Origin: Podarcis liolepis
Taxonomy: Eukaryota
DNA: 64,000 nt
NCBI GenBank assembly: GCA_965112155.1
Contig: OZ218105.1
Reading direction: 5' to 3' (one strand)
The translations under genes and the position numbers were made by a program. This document shows positions 12,882 through 25,632 of the stretch, one piece after another. The notes beneath the pieces were generated by a model, which made no database searches, had not been told where the DNA came from, and was given only the letters and a program-made list of their open reading frames with translations. Numbering within the stretch: position 1 is the stretch's first letter; the number at the start of each line of letters is the position of its first letter.

Positions 12882-13234
12882 GGGACACGGGTGGCGCTGT
12901 GGATTAAACCACAGAGCCTAGGACTTGCCGTTCAGAAGGTCGGCGGTTTGAATCCCTGTGATGGGGTGAGCTCCCGTTGCTTGGTCCCTGCTCCTGCCAA
13001 CCTAGCAGTTCGAAAACACGTCAAAGTACAAGTAGATAAATAGGTACCGCTCTGGCAGGAAGGTAAACAATGTTTCCGTGCGCTGCTCTGGTTCGCCAGA
13101 AGCGGCTTAGTCATGCTGGCCACATGACCCAGAAGCTGTACGCCGGCTCCCTCGGCCAATAAAGCGAGATGAGCACCGCAACCCCAGAGTCAGCCACTAC
13201 TGGACCTAATGGTCAGGGGTCCCTTTACCTTTAC
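12882..13234 (+). mobile_element. Sauria-type SINE
   Basis: Full length; TSD CTAGATCCC. Confidence 0.92.
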
Positions 13235-15035
13235 CTAGATCCCAGTGTCTGTGATAATTTGCCAAACTTCGGCCCCCAGAAGTTTCCCTCTTTACAGGGG
13301 AAATAATCCTGCTTAGTTCATGGTTTTTCCAAAGTCATGCATCTGGTTTAACAGAGCATTTACCCGGGTTGCATTAAATTCATATTTAATTTAATAAACA
13401 ACAGTCTGGGCACACAATCCAGCTAAAAGTTGAGCACATTTACCATCCATTGCAGAAGTTGAGCTTAGTCCTCTCCCCCACTGAACCCAAGGAGACTAAA
13501 AACTTTTGACATTGCTCAGAATGTTCTCTGAAGAGTTTGCAGTAAGGGAGATGAAAATAATTTTAATTAAAAAAAAGAAGTATACAGGAATTTCAGGAGG
13601 AAAGCTCTAACTCTCACATAATCTTTGCTTTCAAGAGATGGCACCAAAGTTAGTTAGCTCTTCTGGAAAACTATAGAGTTAAAAATACAAAAGCCATTTT
13701 TTTAAAACAACAACTTCCTGAATTGGAGACGTCCCCACAATAAAATTAAAAATATCTCAACGGATTACCAGCCTTAACAATTAATTCTAAGCTTAATGTA
13801 CTGAAAAGCATAAATTAAGGAATTTTGTCACCAATCACGAAAGAAGAGGGCACTATCAAATGCAAGTTAGTTCTTTTATGTATGAAATTTATAATTTATA
13901 GTTTCAACTTCTGAATCCTTCCCCCCACCTGCCAGATCAAAAATGCCAAAACACAAGCAATCTCAAGCCACATCTGTATTGTGACAGATTTGGGTTTCCA
14001 TCAGTAGTTGAAACCCATTTCAGTCTGAGTACTCTCAGTTTCATGTGCTCAGGACTGTTTCAGAGATTATTTCGTATTCTAAAATACACTTCTGACTACA
14101 AAATACATGCGGAGAGCATCTCTGATGAATAGCACAGTTAAATAAACTACTGCTTTGACCCGTAAGATATACTGGGGGTTTATCTATTTGGCATGCTGGA
14201 CCAGTCTTCCAAGTACAAAAATGACTCAAGTGGCCGTCCTTGTTGCAAGAAGTCGTTTCACTCTGAAAGGCGAGCGAAATGCTACCTTTGGACACAAGCT
14301 GAAAGGAAAAGTCCCTTTTAAGCCTCTTTTGAATCGGATTCGGTTCAAGGAGAAAGATGTATGGGGCCTGCATTGCAATGGGCCATTCAAATGCCCGGAG
14401 TCATGAGTAAGTCTGGTTGTTCCCAGCTCTGTTGGGGTGGAATTATATAATTAACATGTTTGTTGCTTCATCACAATGAATTCTTGACTGGAGTATCTTC
14501 GGCAAAAACATTTCCCATGAATTTCCACCAACACTTCGTAAAACGAAGGACAGCTTCAAACCAGACTAATCAGAGGCTGCTACTTTCAACTGCTCCCTCA
14601 AATCCCATGGACTTTTTGCTACTTAAAACAGGTCTTCCAAACTTGGGGTTCCATGCAGATTCAACCCTCTAACATTGCTTTGATCTCTCAGAAGCAGTAA
14701 CGCTCTGTTACGTTCGTGCAACACTTTCAGTTGTGTAATCTAGGTGTAGCTGCGTTCAGATTTGTGTGTATTTCACACGTGTCGCAAAACCAAGCCAGAA
14801 TAAGCCGAATTCTGCAACCCGTTCATATTTTTAATCTGCCCCAGAACTGGTGAAAATGCTTAGAACATTGACAATAGACCGCAATTCAATAGACATTGCA
14901 TCTCTGACTGTACCAGGGTCCTGTCTTGACGTAAGCCTGGCAGATTTCCCCTTTCCTACTTTCAGATGGAATGATTTGAAGATCAGGGCAAAGGGCAATA
15001 ATCCCTCCTCCTCCTCAGCTGATGCTGCTCTAAGG

Positions 15036-15281
15036 CAGGGGCCAGCAAACGTTTTCAGCAGGGGGGTAGTCCACTGTCCCTCAGACCTTGTGGGGGGCTG
15101 GACTATATTTTGAAAAAAAATATGAACGCATTCCTATGCCCCACAAATAACCCAGAGATGCATTTTAAATAAACACATTCTACTCATGTAAAAACATGCT
15201 GATTCCCAGACCGTCTGCGGGCTGGATTTAGAAGGCGATTGGGCCAGATCCGGCCCTCGGGCCTTAGTTTGCCTACCCATG
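15036..15281 (+). mobile_element. hAT-type MITE (family shared with 29694 and 54187)
   Basis: CAGGGGCCAGCAAAC...GTTTGCCTACCCATG; 8-bp TSD CTCTAAGG. Confidence 0.88.
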
Positions 15282-15289
15282 CTCTAAGG

Positions 15290-15427
15290 CAGCCTTTCTC
15301 AACCTGTGGGTCTCCAGATGTTGTTGAACTACGACTCCCATCACCCCTAGCTAGCAAGGCCAGAGCTCAGGGATGGTGGGAGTTGTAGTCCAACAACATC
15401 TGGGGACCCACAGGTTGAGAACCGCTG
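15290..15427. mobile_element. Palindromic hAT-like MITE (ACTACAACTCCCA family)
   Basis: Near-perfect fold-back; 8-bp TSD CTCTAAGG on both sides. Confidence 0.88.
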
Positions 15428-16820
15428 CTCTAAGGGCTCTTGCATGTCTAGAGTCTAGTCAGATGGCCAAATTCAGCCTTGACTAGCCTTCTGGGGGGCC
15501 ACAGGTCAGAGGTGGGTGTGGCCAAAAAAAATCCCTGTAGGCACCCACGGCAACCCCCACTTCTCAGCTGATTCTTGCAGATCGGCCTAGAAATTATCAC
15601 CTCACACCCATCTCAGATGATTAATCCAATGACTGGGGAGGGAGATTTGAAGACAGACCAATCCATTCCTGCACTGTCTACCTCTAAATTGGCCGCTGCT
15701 CTCCAGGTCTGTGCCACAAAGGTCTTGTCCGTTTCTACTGCCAGAAATCCTTTCAACCGCAGCTGCCAAAAGAGACTAAAATTCTGGGCTCTGGGCTGGA
15801 GGAATGCCCCCTTTGCTGCCTCCCTTGTTTCCTTTCATTCCACAGCCAGTTTCTAAACTAGCGACCACGAGCAAGAAGCATTATAAATGTATGGCGACTG
15901 TCTTATTTTCTTTCCCAGCCGATTAATTCACTGCTCCTTGTTTTCTTGACAAGTGTTAAAATGCCGTCTGGCATGTTTTGCTATCCGAAGAAGGGGTGGG
16001 GGTGGTGGGAGAGGAACCCACCAGCAAATCCATTTTATCCTGCCTAAGATTCTACCCTGATGAATGACGTTTGCTTGCATGCACACACACACACACAGCG
16101 GGAGAGACGGCACCACAGCTTCATACACATCGATGCAAGAACAGCCTTTGAGGTCAACTCAGAATTATTTTCACATTTGCTTTCTGCAAAGTTGATGACC
16201 TATGCCATCCCTTGTCTATTTTATGGCTCAGTAGATAGTCAGGTCAATGCCTCCAAGGCTCACGATGGCTCTTCACAGTATTGCTCTTTGGGCTGCTTTG
16301 TGCAGCAAAGATTCGAATCGAAGATGCAGCTCGCATCTCAGCAAAGTAGAGTTTTACTCGCTGGCTTCTATTTTCATCTGGGGGGGGGCACAGCAGGAAC
16401 ACAAAGGGAAATGGACTTGTTTTGAGAAGTGGCTGGCTGAGATTTCAGCAAGTTTTATAATTTTTTTTATTTGTTTTTTAGAATAGCTCGGGGTTAAATT
16501 GTTCTCTTTTCCTAGTCCCTGCTGCAATTGTCCTTCAGGCAGGCAGCAATTAGACGCTCATGCTGATATTACCTGACCTGACGCTGCCTTTCATAATGAG
16601 GAACAGTTATTCCGACTCAACATAGACACCCATTGACCAACTGGTAACTTACTACAGTGCCATACACATGTAAATATTGTACATCACTTCATGAGCCACT
16701 GGCCTGCATTTTACATTTCCACATCTGGTCGAGAAGCAGGAAGGAGGAAACACCTGACAGGAAGAGAGATGGCTGACTCAGAAGTTTGCAAGATGCACAC
16801 CTTCTTGGTAAGCTACAGCT

Positions 16821-17120
16821 TAAAGGTAAAGGGACCCCTGACCATTAGGTCCAGTCGTGGCTGATTCTGGGGTTGCGGTGCTCATCTCGCTTTATTGGCT
16901 GAGGGAGCCAACGTACAGCTAAGCCGCTTCTGGCGAACCAGAGCAGCGCACAGAAACGCTGTTTACCTATTTATCTACTTGCACTTTGATGTGCTTTCGA
17001 ACTGCTAGGTTGGCAGGAGCAGGGACCAAGCAACGGGAGCTCACCCCGTTGCGGTGATTCAAACTGCCGACCTTCTGATCGGCAAGTCCTAGGCTCTGTG
17101 GTTTAACCCACCCGCGTCCC
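16821..17120 (-). mobile_element. Sauria-type SINE with three internal deletions
   Basis: Colinear with other copies; TSD TAAGCTAC(A/T)GCTTA. Confidence 0.9.
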
Positions 17121-17461
17121 CTTAAGCTACTGCTTAGTGCTACTTTAAACCTCACTTGTAGGGGTGCAGGTACCCCATGTTTCCTACCCCCACAACTCCC
17201 TGGCTATGCAAAAGACGTATTGCGGCAGCCACATTGTTCCAGCCAATTCCAACCAAGTTCTTAAATTCGTCAACATTTGCTCCAATAAACCATGTAGGAT
17301 GCAGTAGAAATGGAGGAACGGAACAGAATGAGGAATAAAAATGATAGTTTGTTCTACATACTATGGAAGTTAAAGCTGATAAAAAAAGAGAAAAGAAAAA
17401 ACACCTGTCAAGTGAAGCATAAATAATAGTAGTCTCATGATCCTGGTCAGAGATATCTTGC

Positions 17462-18058
17462 TAAGGCTGGGCAACATACAGGTTGGAAGCCTCTAGTGTG
17501 ATACAGTCATACGTCGGGTTACAGACGCTTCAGGTTGTCCGTTTTCGGGTTGCACGCTGCACTGAACCCGGAAGTACCGGAACGGGTTACTTCCAGGTTT
17601 CAGTGCTCATGCATAAGCACTAAATCGCGCTTTGAGCATGCGCAGAAGCGCAGAAGCGCAACCAGTGCGTGCACAGACGTAGCGCTGCGGGTTGCGAACG
17701 CGCCTCCCGCACGGATCACATCCGCAACTCGAGCATCCACTGTATCAGTTTCAAAGTTTCTGATCTGGCGATATATCGTGAATCATTATGTGCGTTAAGG
17801 CTGGGCAATATATTGTCCAAAACCATTTTCAAGACCGTATCATGATACTGTTTTCATAATTTTTGACCTGGCAATATACTGCAAATCATGATGGAAGTCG
17901 TGTGTGTGTGTGTGTGTGTGTGTGTGGCAAAAATCACAATGTGGGGAAAACTGCCTCTACCTAGCTCCATCCTTATTTCAGACATTGATATATCATCATA
18001 TCGTGATGTTTAGCTGATGATGTTTTATGAAGTTGATACCAGATATCTCCCAGCCCTA
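17462..18058 (+). mobile_element. TAGGGCTG-ended (hAT-Ac-like) MITE: 5' half copy (17462-17795) followed by a full copy (17796-18058)
   Basis: TAAGGCTGGGCAA starts at 17462 and 17796; end CCCAGCCCTA at 18058; shared TGA.CTGGC.ATATA..G..AATCAT block; internal (TG)n. Confidence 0.7.
17504..17742. mobile_element. Tc1/mariner (Tigger-like) MITE nested in the preceding element
   Basis: TA|CAGTCATACGTCGGGTT...AACTCGAGCATCCACTG|TA; homologous to 50806-51038. Confidence 0.8.
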
Positions 18059-18524
18059 ATCTTGTCCACCTTCCTTTGGGTGGTGGGGTAGAACGAAGTA
18101 GAAAAGAGAAAAAGCAGAAAGCAAAATTAACAATTCAGAAGCATCTGGTTCGAACTTTTGTCATTCACGAACAGGAGAAGGAGTAATTGCCACGTTGTTT
18201 CAGCGACAGAACGTTGAAACAAACCGTCACACATTTTGTATGGAGCAGTGACCATGGGCCAACCTCATAGCAGGGAAGCCTTGCCCTCCTTCTAAAGCCA
18301 GGGGGCAGTTTCGATGTAGCCTCAGCAGGGCTGTCTCGGCAAAATATTGTGCCATTGTACGCAGCTGTCTTTCACAAGACCCAAGTGTGACCTGTTCCAC
18401 TCCTCAGAATCTCTCCAGATGAGGGGTTTGTTTTGTGGCATGGTGAATACCAATGTAACTCATTTGTTGGGAGGACAGATTTCTGGCCCCTGCAAGGCAG
18501 TGCTTCAGTCACATGGAGAAAGTA

Positions 18525-18994
18525 CCGTATTTTTCATCCTATAGGGCGCACCAGCCCATAGGACGCACCTCGTTTTTTGGGGGGGGGGATGAATAAAAAA
18601 AAATTATTCCCCCCACCCGCCGTGGCTGCCGCCCCAAGCCTTGCGCACACCCGAAGCACGGGGCACCCTCCGGAGGGCTCCACGTGCTTCGGGCTGCCAC
18701 CCCAAGCCTCGCGCGCCCGGTGGGACCTCCTGCCGGGCGCGCAAGGCTTGTAGACACTCGCTGGGGCTACAGGCTGCTGCCCGCAAGCCTTGTGAGCCCG
18801 CGGGAACTCCCGCCGGGCTTGCAAGGCTTGCGGATAGCTTCCTGAAGCCTGGATAGCGAGAGGGGTCGGTGCGCACCGATGCCTCTCGCTCTCCAGGCTT
18901 CAGCGAAAGCCTGCATTCGCCCCATAGGACGCACACACACTTCCCCTTCATTTTTGGAGGGGACAAGGTGCGTCCTATGGGGCGAAAAATACGG
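18525..18994 (-). mobile_element. Tc2-like MITE, same family as 3343-4153, opposite orientation
   Basis: TA|CCGTATTTTTC...GAAAAATACGG|TA; shares both arms and the CTGAAGCCTGG...CCAGGCTTCAG hairpin. Confidence 0.9.
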
Positions 18995-19235
18995 TATTCC
19001 CGCCCCGCCCCACCCAGCATTCTGAGTTAATATACAGCCGGGGGCAGGGGGAGAATACAAGCACATGCCTAAATTGTGACTGCAGCATGGAAAAAGGCTA
19101 CTCCCAGCTATCTCAATAAGTGTCTCAAGAATTTATTACTGTAGCCAATACCTGTCCTACTCATAGTAGACCCACTGAAATTAAGAGATATAACTAACAC
19201 AGTTCCGTTAATTTGAATGTGTTTATTCTGAGTAG

Positions 19236-19630
19236 GAATAGTAGTAGTAGTAGTAATAATAATAATAATAATAACACCACCACTAATAATAATAATTGTA
19301 CCCTGCCCGTCTGATTGGGTTGCCTAGCCACTCTGGGTGGCTTCCAATAATTATAAAAGAATAACGAAACATCAAACACTGAAAACTTCCCTATACAGGG
19401 CTGTCTTCAGTTGTCTCCTAAAAGTTGTATAGTTATTTATTTCCTTGAAATCTGATGAGAGAGCATTCCACAGGGCAAGTGCCACTACCAAGAAGGCCCT
19501 CCGTCTGGTTCCCTGTAACTTTAATTCTCGCAGAACCACCAGAAGGCCCATAGAGCTAGATCTCAGTGTCTGGGGCTAAACGATATGGGTGGAGATGTTC
19601 CTTTCGGGTATAGGGCCAAGCAGGGTTTAG
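19236..19630 (-). mobile_element. L2-type LINE 3' end with (TAG/TAA)n tail
   Basis: Homologous to 1-202 and 8268-8520. Confidence 0.8.
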
Positions 19631-20233
19631 CTAACTACAACCCTTACTGGATGGCAACTGGTAATGAGAACCACAGCTCCCAGCATCCACACCTGTGCGT
19701 GCCGTTTTAGAAATACAGTTGCTTACGTATTACCTTAGCTTAAGGATTCTATACCCCAAAGGAACAGAGCAGGAACTGGAAAGAGAGATGGAAGGATTAG
19801 AAACACCAGAAAAAAATGGTTGAGGAAAAACCATGGGGGAGTAACCATATGCCACAGATTACAAAGCAACTGCACGTGATCATTAATGAGGAAACGGGGG
19901 GTTTTATCAGACACGCAAGCTGCAGCGACAGCGCAGTCCTGCATTCCTGTCAATTAATGCACAGGTTGACAGAAGAGGATTGTGGGAAAGAGCAAAACTT
20001 TAGGAGGCGAGCAGGGTCCGCCACAGAAAAAGGAGGATGGCATCCATTTTACTCAAGCATCTGTCGTGCAGCAATAGGATAAGGCTGAGAGTGAAGCTGG
20101 ATTATGGGAGAATCAGCATCTGGGCCATAAATACACTAGACACTTGGCGAAGGAAGAATTTCAAGCAGGAAAGGAATGACCAGGAGAAATGGGATTAGAA
20201 CACTTGCTACCAGAGGCTCACAACTCATAAGTA

Positions 20234-20931
20234 TGGAGGAACCTTGGTTCTCAAACTTAATCCGTTCCAGAAGTCCGCTGCAAAACCAAAGCGTTCCAAA
20301 ACCAAGGTGTGCTTTCCCATATAAAGTAATGCAAAATGGATTAATCCGTTCCAGACTTTTAAAAACAACCCCTAAAACAGCAATCTAACATGCGTTTTAC
20401 TATCTAACGAGACCACTGACCCATAAAATGAAAGCAATAAACATTGTACAGTGGTACCTCAGGTTAAGTACTTAATTCGTTCCGGAGGTCCGTTCTTAAC
20501 CTGAAACCGTTCTTAACCTGAAGCACCACTTTAATTAATGGGGTCTCTTGCTGCCGCTACGCAGCTGGAGCCCGATTTCTGTTCTCATCCTGAAGCAAAG
20601 TTCTTAACCTGAGGTACTATTTCTGGGTTAGCAGAGTCTGTAACCTGAAGCGTATGTAACCCGAGGTACCACTGTACTGCAGTCACACAATCAATCAATC
20701 AGTAGCTGAACTGGGTTCCACACAGTAACAAAAACAAAACAAAAATGCCAAATAAATAGCAAAAACAGACAGACCTCAGCGTAACACTTAAAACGGAAGT
20801 GTGGCACACAAAACGGAACCCATTTGACTTCCGAAAAAAGTTTGCAAACCAGAACACTTACTTTCAGGTTTGCAGTGTTTGGGTTCTAAGTTGTTTGAGT
20901 ACCAAGGCATTTGAGAACTAAAGTACCACTG
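20234..20931. mobile_element. Tigger-like MITE (outer element)
   Basis: GGAACCTTGGTTCTCAAAC ... TTTGAGAACTAAAGTACCACTG|TA; ends related to 33251-33492. Confidence 0.75.
20449..20674 (+). mobile_element. 226-bp Tigger-like MITE nested in 20234-20931
   Basis: TA|CAGTGGTACCTCAGGTT...AACCCGAGGTACCACTG|TA. Confidence 0.9.
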
Positions 20932-22421
20932 TACTGTGTACAATAAGGTTAAGTTATAGCGCAGGAGCAGAGAACCTTTGGCCACCTAGTTCTAGACACT
21001 GTGGCATCAACCTCTCTCCTACACCAGCTCCCCAATAATCACCTTTGAAAGGCACCTAAAGCGATGAGATGCAGCTGGCTCTGCAAACAAATCCATTAGC
21101 AACTGCAGCCAAAAACTACGCTCATATCAAATGAGCCAGCCAGACTGGAAGGTTACAGACCTGCATACACACAGATGGAGACCATGAAGGGAAGAAAAGG
21201 ACTTGGCCATATTCATGAGGTTATATAGGGTTTTACATATATGAACTGAGAGCAGTTGCAACTTCTGCTGCAACAGGCCCAGAGAGAGAGAGAGAGAGAG
21301 AGAATATGGGTATATATCACGAGAGCTATAAATTATGTGGATTTTGCAGGGAGGGGAAAAATCCAATACCTCAGTGGTGTTTTTTTAAATAAAGTACAAG
21401 AGACCAACACAGTCCCTGTTAAGGAAAGCAAGTGAAAGTAGTTCTTTTCTGACTTTAGTGTGCTATGCCTACCAATTTGTTCCCAGCTTTTCCCTACCAG
21501 GAGTGGGAAAGTTTTGTTGCTGGTTTTTTTTTTAAAAAAACCAAATTTATAAGTGCCCATCCGAGTTGTTCTCAAACTACACAGAAAGAAGTGAAACCAG
21601 AAAGGAAAGAGCTTGGAATTGATAGAAGGAGAGGGTTAATATTTAGTTGGGGGTGCCCAGGTATAAAATACATCAGAGTGAGGTTCTCAGTGACGTAGGA
21701 CCCTGCAAAGAAACCCTGCAAGAGAGCAGACAGCCCTGTCTGACACTCCACCAAGACCTCCGGCTTGATTGCTAAAAAGATTTCTCTTTCCAGTTGCCAC
21801 ACATTTCGCACTGTAAAAAAAAGGGGGGGTGAAATGCAATGCACTAGACACACAAGTTATTATTGGACGTCTTGCAGCTAGCCATGAGAGGGGGGTGAGT
21901 AGGGTGGAAATGAAGATGAAAGCAGCAAAGGGGAAGAAAGGCAGAGACTTGGAGAAGCAGAGAATGGCCTGCTCTTAAGGACTGAAGCGTCCCCCTTTTA
22001 CCCCTGCTAGCAGGAGAGAACACAGGAGACATTCATTCTAAAAGAGAGAGCAGCACAATAGCTGTTTGTTGTGATCCGTTTTACAATGAAGCATTTATCT
22101 AAAAGCACAGCAAGCAATGCTGACAAAAATTGGGATGCCATGAGACAAGGGCTGGAAAAACACAGCCCACAAAAGGAGGGGCAGAGAGAGCTGGGAGGGG
22201 AGGATCAAACCCATTCAAGGAGATACTAGAAATACACTGGGCCATGGCCTACTTCCATCAGTTGAAGTCAACAAGCTTTGTTATGTCCTCTGCCCACCAC
22301 CCCAAATTCAGCCAGGAGTCACCCATTTCTTTATCAACAAAATGACACATGGAGAAGTGTAGCAAACTAGGTCTATCCCTAACCATTCAATGAGTATGCA
22401 TAAAAGAGCCAGGGTAGAGCA

Positions 22422-22768
22422 GGGATGCGGGTGGCGCTGTGGGTTAAACCACAGAGCCTAGGACTTGCCAATCAGAAGGTTGGCGGTTCAAATCCCCACG
22501 ACGGCGTGAGCTCCTTTTGCTCGGTCCCTGCTCCTGCCAACCTAACAGTTTGAAAGCACGCCAAAAAGTGCAAGTAGATAAATAGGTGCCACTCTGGCAG
22601 GAAGGTAAACGGCATTTCTGTGTGCTGCTCTGATTCGCCAGAAACGGCTTAGTCATGCTGGCCACATGACCCGGAAGCTGTACGCTGGCTCCCTCGGCCA
22701 ATAAACGAGATGGGCGCCGCAACCCCAGAGTCGGCCACGACTGGACCTAATGGTCAGGGGTCCCTTTA
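22422..22768 (+). mobile_element. Sauria-type SINE
   Basis: Full length; flanking TAGAGCAGG repeat. Confidence 0.92.
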
Positions 22769-22971
22769 GAGCAGGCTTTAAGCACGGCACTTCTTCAACC
22801 TGATCGGTCCTTAGATGCTGGCAGACTCCTTTCAGCCCCAGCCACCATAGGCAACAGTCAGGGACAATGGGAATTTAAATTCAACATTTAGAAGTACCCT
22901 ATCCCTGCTGTATGGTAACCTGAGCTCCTTGGGGGAATTGCAGGATTAAAAAAAATATGTAACACATCCAT

Positions 22972-23581
22972 ATAAATAATTTTTTATTTATACCCCGCCC
23001 TTCCCGGTGCAGAAAACCGGGCTCAGGGCGGCTAACAACAAATTTAAAACAATTATAATACAGCGTAGAAGCAGCATAAAATACAGTATAAAAGCATGAA
23101 TAACAATAAAATTCAAAAATCAATTTGGGGGAAATCCATCCAATAAACATTAGATAGTCACCAGGGCTAGCTGGCTGAATTAGTCCTACTTGGGCCAGCG
23201 AGGAGGCCAGGGGAGAATTAGCTGTGGTGTCCCAGAGCAGGTAATCTTCATAAAAGGGGAGGGGGAGGAAAGAGAAGGTAAATAAAAGATCAGGCTGAAT
23301 TCAAATTAAAGGCCACGCGGAATAGCTCTGTCTTACAGGCCCGGCGAAAGGAGGTTAAATCCTGTAGGGCCCTAGTCTCATGGGACAGAGCATTCCACCA
23401 GGTTGGAGCCATCACTGAAAAGGCCCTGGCCCTGGTGGAGGATAGTCTGACTTCCTTAGGGCCCGGGACCTCTAAATTATGGTTATTCATGGACCTTAAA
23501 GTCCTCTGCGGGGCATACCAGGAGAGGCGGTCCCGTAAATATGAGGGCCCTAACCCACAAAGGGCTTTAAAGGTCAAAACC
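22972..23581 (-). mobile_element. L2-type LINE 3' fragment (second subfamily)
   Basis: MVLTFKALCGLGPSYLRDRLSWYAPQRTLRS...RAFSVMAPTWWNAL...FRRACKTELF. Confidence 0.85.
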
Positions 23582-23784
23582 ATAACGATTCTTATGACCA
23601 TAATGTTACTACTGCAGATATCCCAACAGCTACAGTTATTCCAATACGGGCCTCTTGTTATCAAATGACGAACAGGAATATCCAGTTAAAAAAATTCAAT
23701 CACCGAAAGGCGTATAAGAGCTGCTGTATGGCTGCTAGATAGACCAGGTGTCTGATTCGGCATAAGGTTGCTTCACAGAGTTAA

Positions 23785-24169
23785 GTAAAGGTAAAAAGGT
23801 AAAGGACCCCTGGACAGTTAAGTCCAGTCAAAGGTGACTATGGGGTTACGGTGCTTATCTCTCTTCAGGATGAGGGAGCTGGCATTTCTCCACAGACAGC
23901 TTTCCGGGTCAGGTGGCCAGCATGACTAAACCGCTTCTGGTGCAACGGGGCAGCGTGACGGAAACCAGAGTGCACAGAAACGCTGTTTACCTTCCCGCTG
24001 CAACGGTACCTATTTATCTCCTTGCACCGGTATGCTTTCAAACTGCGCTGTTGGGAGGAGCTGGGACTGAGCAACGGGAGCTCTCTCCCTCACAGGGATT
24101 CAAAACGCAGACCTTCTGATCAGCAAACCCAAGAGGCTCAGTGGTTTAGACCATAGTGCCACCCGCGTC
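23785..24169 (-). mobile_element. Sauria-type SINE, divergent subfamily
   Basis: Same layout with a variant 3' part (GGACCCCTGGACAGTTAAGTCCAGTC) and an internal insert. Confidence 0.85.
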
Positions 24170-25632
24170 ATTTTACCATAGAGTTTTACCATAGAATTAA
24201 CCAATAGGAATATGGGAAGAGCCAATGTTTGCAAAACTAAGTGGTTTAATCCAAGACCAAATCCAACTCCACTTCCACAGTCCCCATGGTATGCTTATAG
24301 TCAAAGGCTCCACATACACATGCCTCTGGAATAAAAAAATAGTTAATTAAGGAGGTTAACAGAGGAGACACAGAGTCCAGCATTAAGCAAGAACCTTGGA
24401 TATCTTCTAAGTCAACCTCTGCTCAGTAACAGAAATTCCACCTTCTAGGCCTGGTTCCAGCCCTTTCAAGAGCAACAGAGAAGAAGTCTACTTCATTTTT
24501 TATTGCAAATGTTTTATGCTATTTATTTCAAAATGGTGGCTTAGCCAGCAGACGTTGAGCAATCCATAGCTCTTCGCTGCCTGCAACTTCCCCATCTCTT
24601 AAACCCACGTTACTTGGAAGTCGGTCTGAAAAGCTATGAAAATCAGGTCAGGAAGATACATTTCCATGCACACTGAGCCAAACTTGGTTTCCTCACTCTC
24701 TCGAAAGCTGCCTCGTTAGTACCCAAGTCTATTTAATACTAACAGCCTCTTCAGCCTACTTAAAGAGAAATGGCTACACGGAAGCCACATACCACAACAT
24801 GGAACCCAGGGATAACATTATCCCCGATTACATCATGCACTTACTCAGCAGAAGGGAAACCTTTTAAAAAAAAAACCAAACCCAGTGTGGCTAGAGGAAA
24901 AAGCAAAAAAGATTTTCATAAGCATAGTCAATGTTTTCTTTTTAAAAATTAAGCAATCCTTTGCTGGTACACATCACTAAACAGACAGCCTCTCAAATTC
25001 AAGTCTTTTGCCCTACACAGCTCAAAATAGGCTGAGGAATTCACACACGCCAATTTTAAGTGTGTGTCAGAGTGCATGTGCAAAAGTCCCAGAGCAATTA
25101 ACAGTCATATTGAGAAAGACTCAAAAACCCTACTATACCACCCTTACTTCCAATTCACTTTAAACCTGAAACTAAATGCAAAATAACTTCTGTGTGGTTG
25201 AGAAGTCTGTGAAAAGAAAGACTGGATTTCACCTAATTGTAGCAATTGCATACACTGCATATATATAAATTGAGTGTGCATGTGTAATGTGTTTATATGT
25301 GCGTATTTTCAATACATATTGAAAAACTATATTTACATAATATGCTGGTTTAGCTACCACTAAACTGTTCACAGGCTCTATCATTCAGAAATTGTACAGG
25401 ACTGTTCCTTTTCCTTGGGAAAAAACAGCAGGGATTAGAAAAGGAACTGTGGATTTCACAGAAAACTTGGTACTAGCAGGGACTGCCTGGTGCTGCCTGG
25501 GATTTGTTAGACACCCGAAAGATATTGAGGTTCATAACCCAACGTACACAAAAAAATAAAATAAAAATTGGGTGAAGTGTGTTTTCGGTCTGCCATCTTG
25601 ATTCAAAGGGGGATTTGGCATCCAAACATCAA

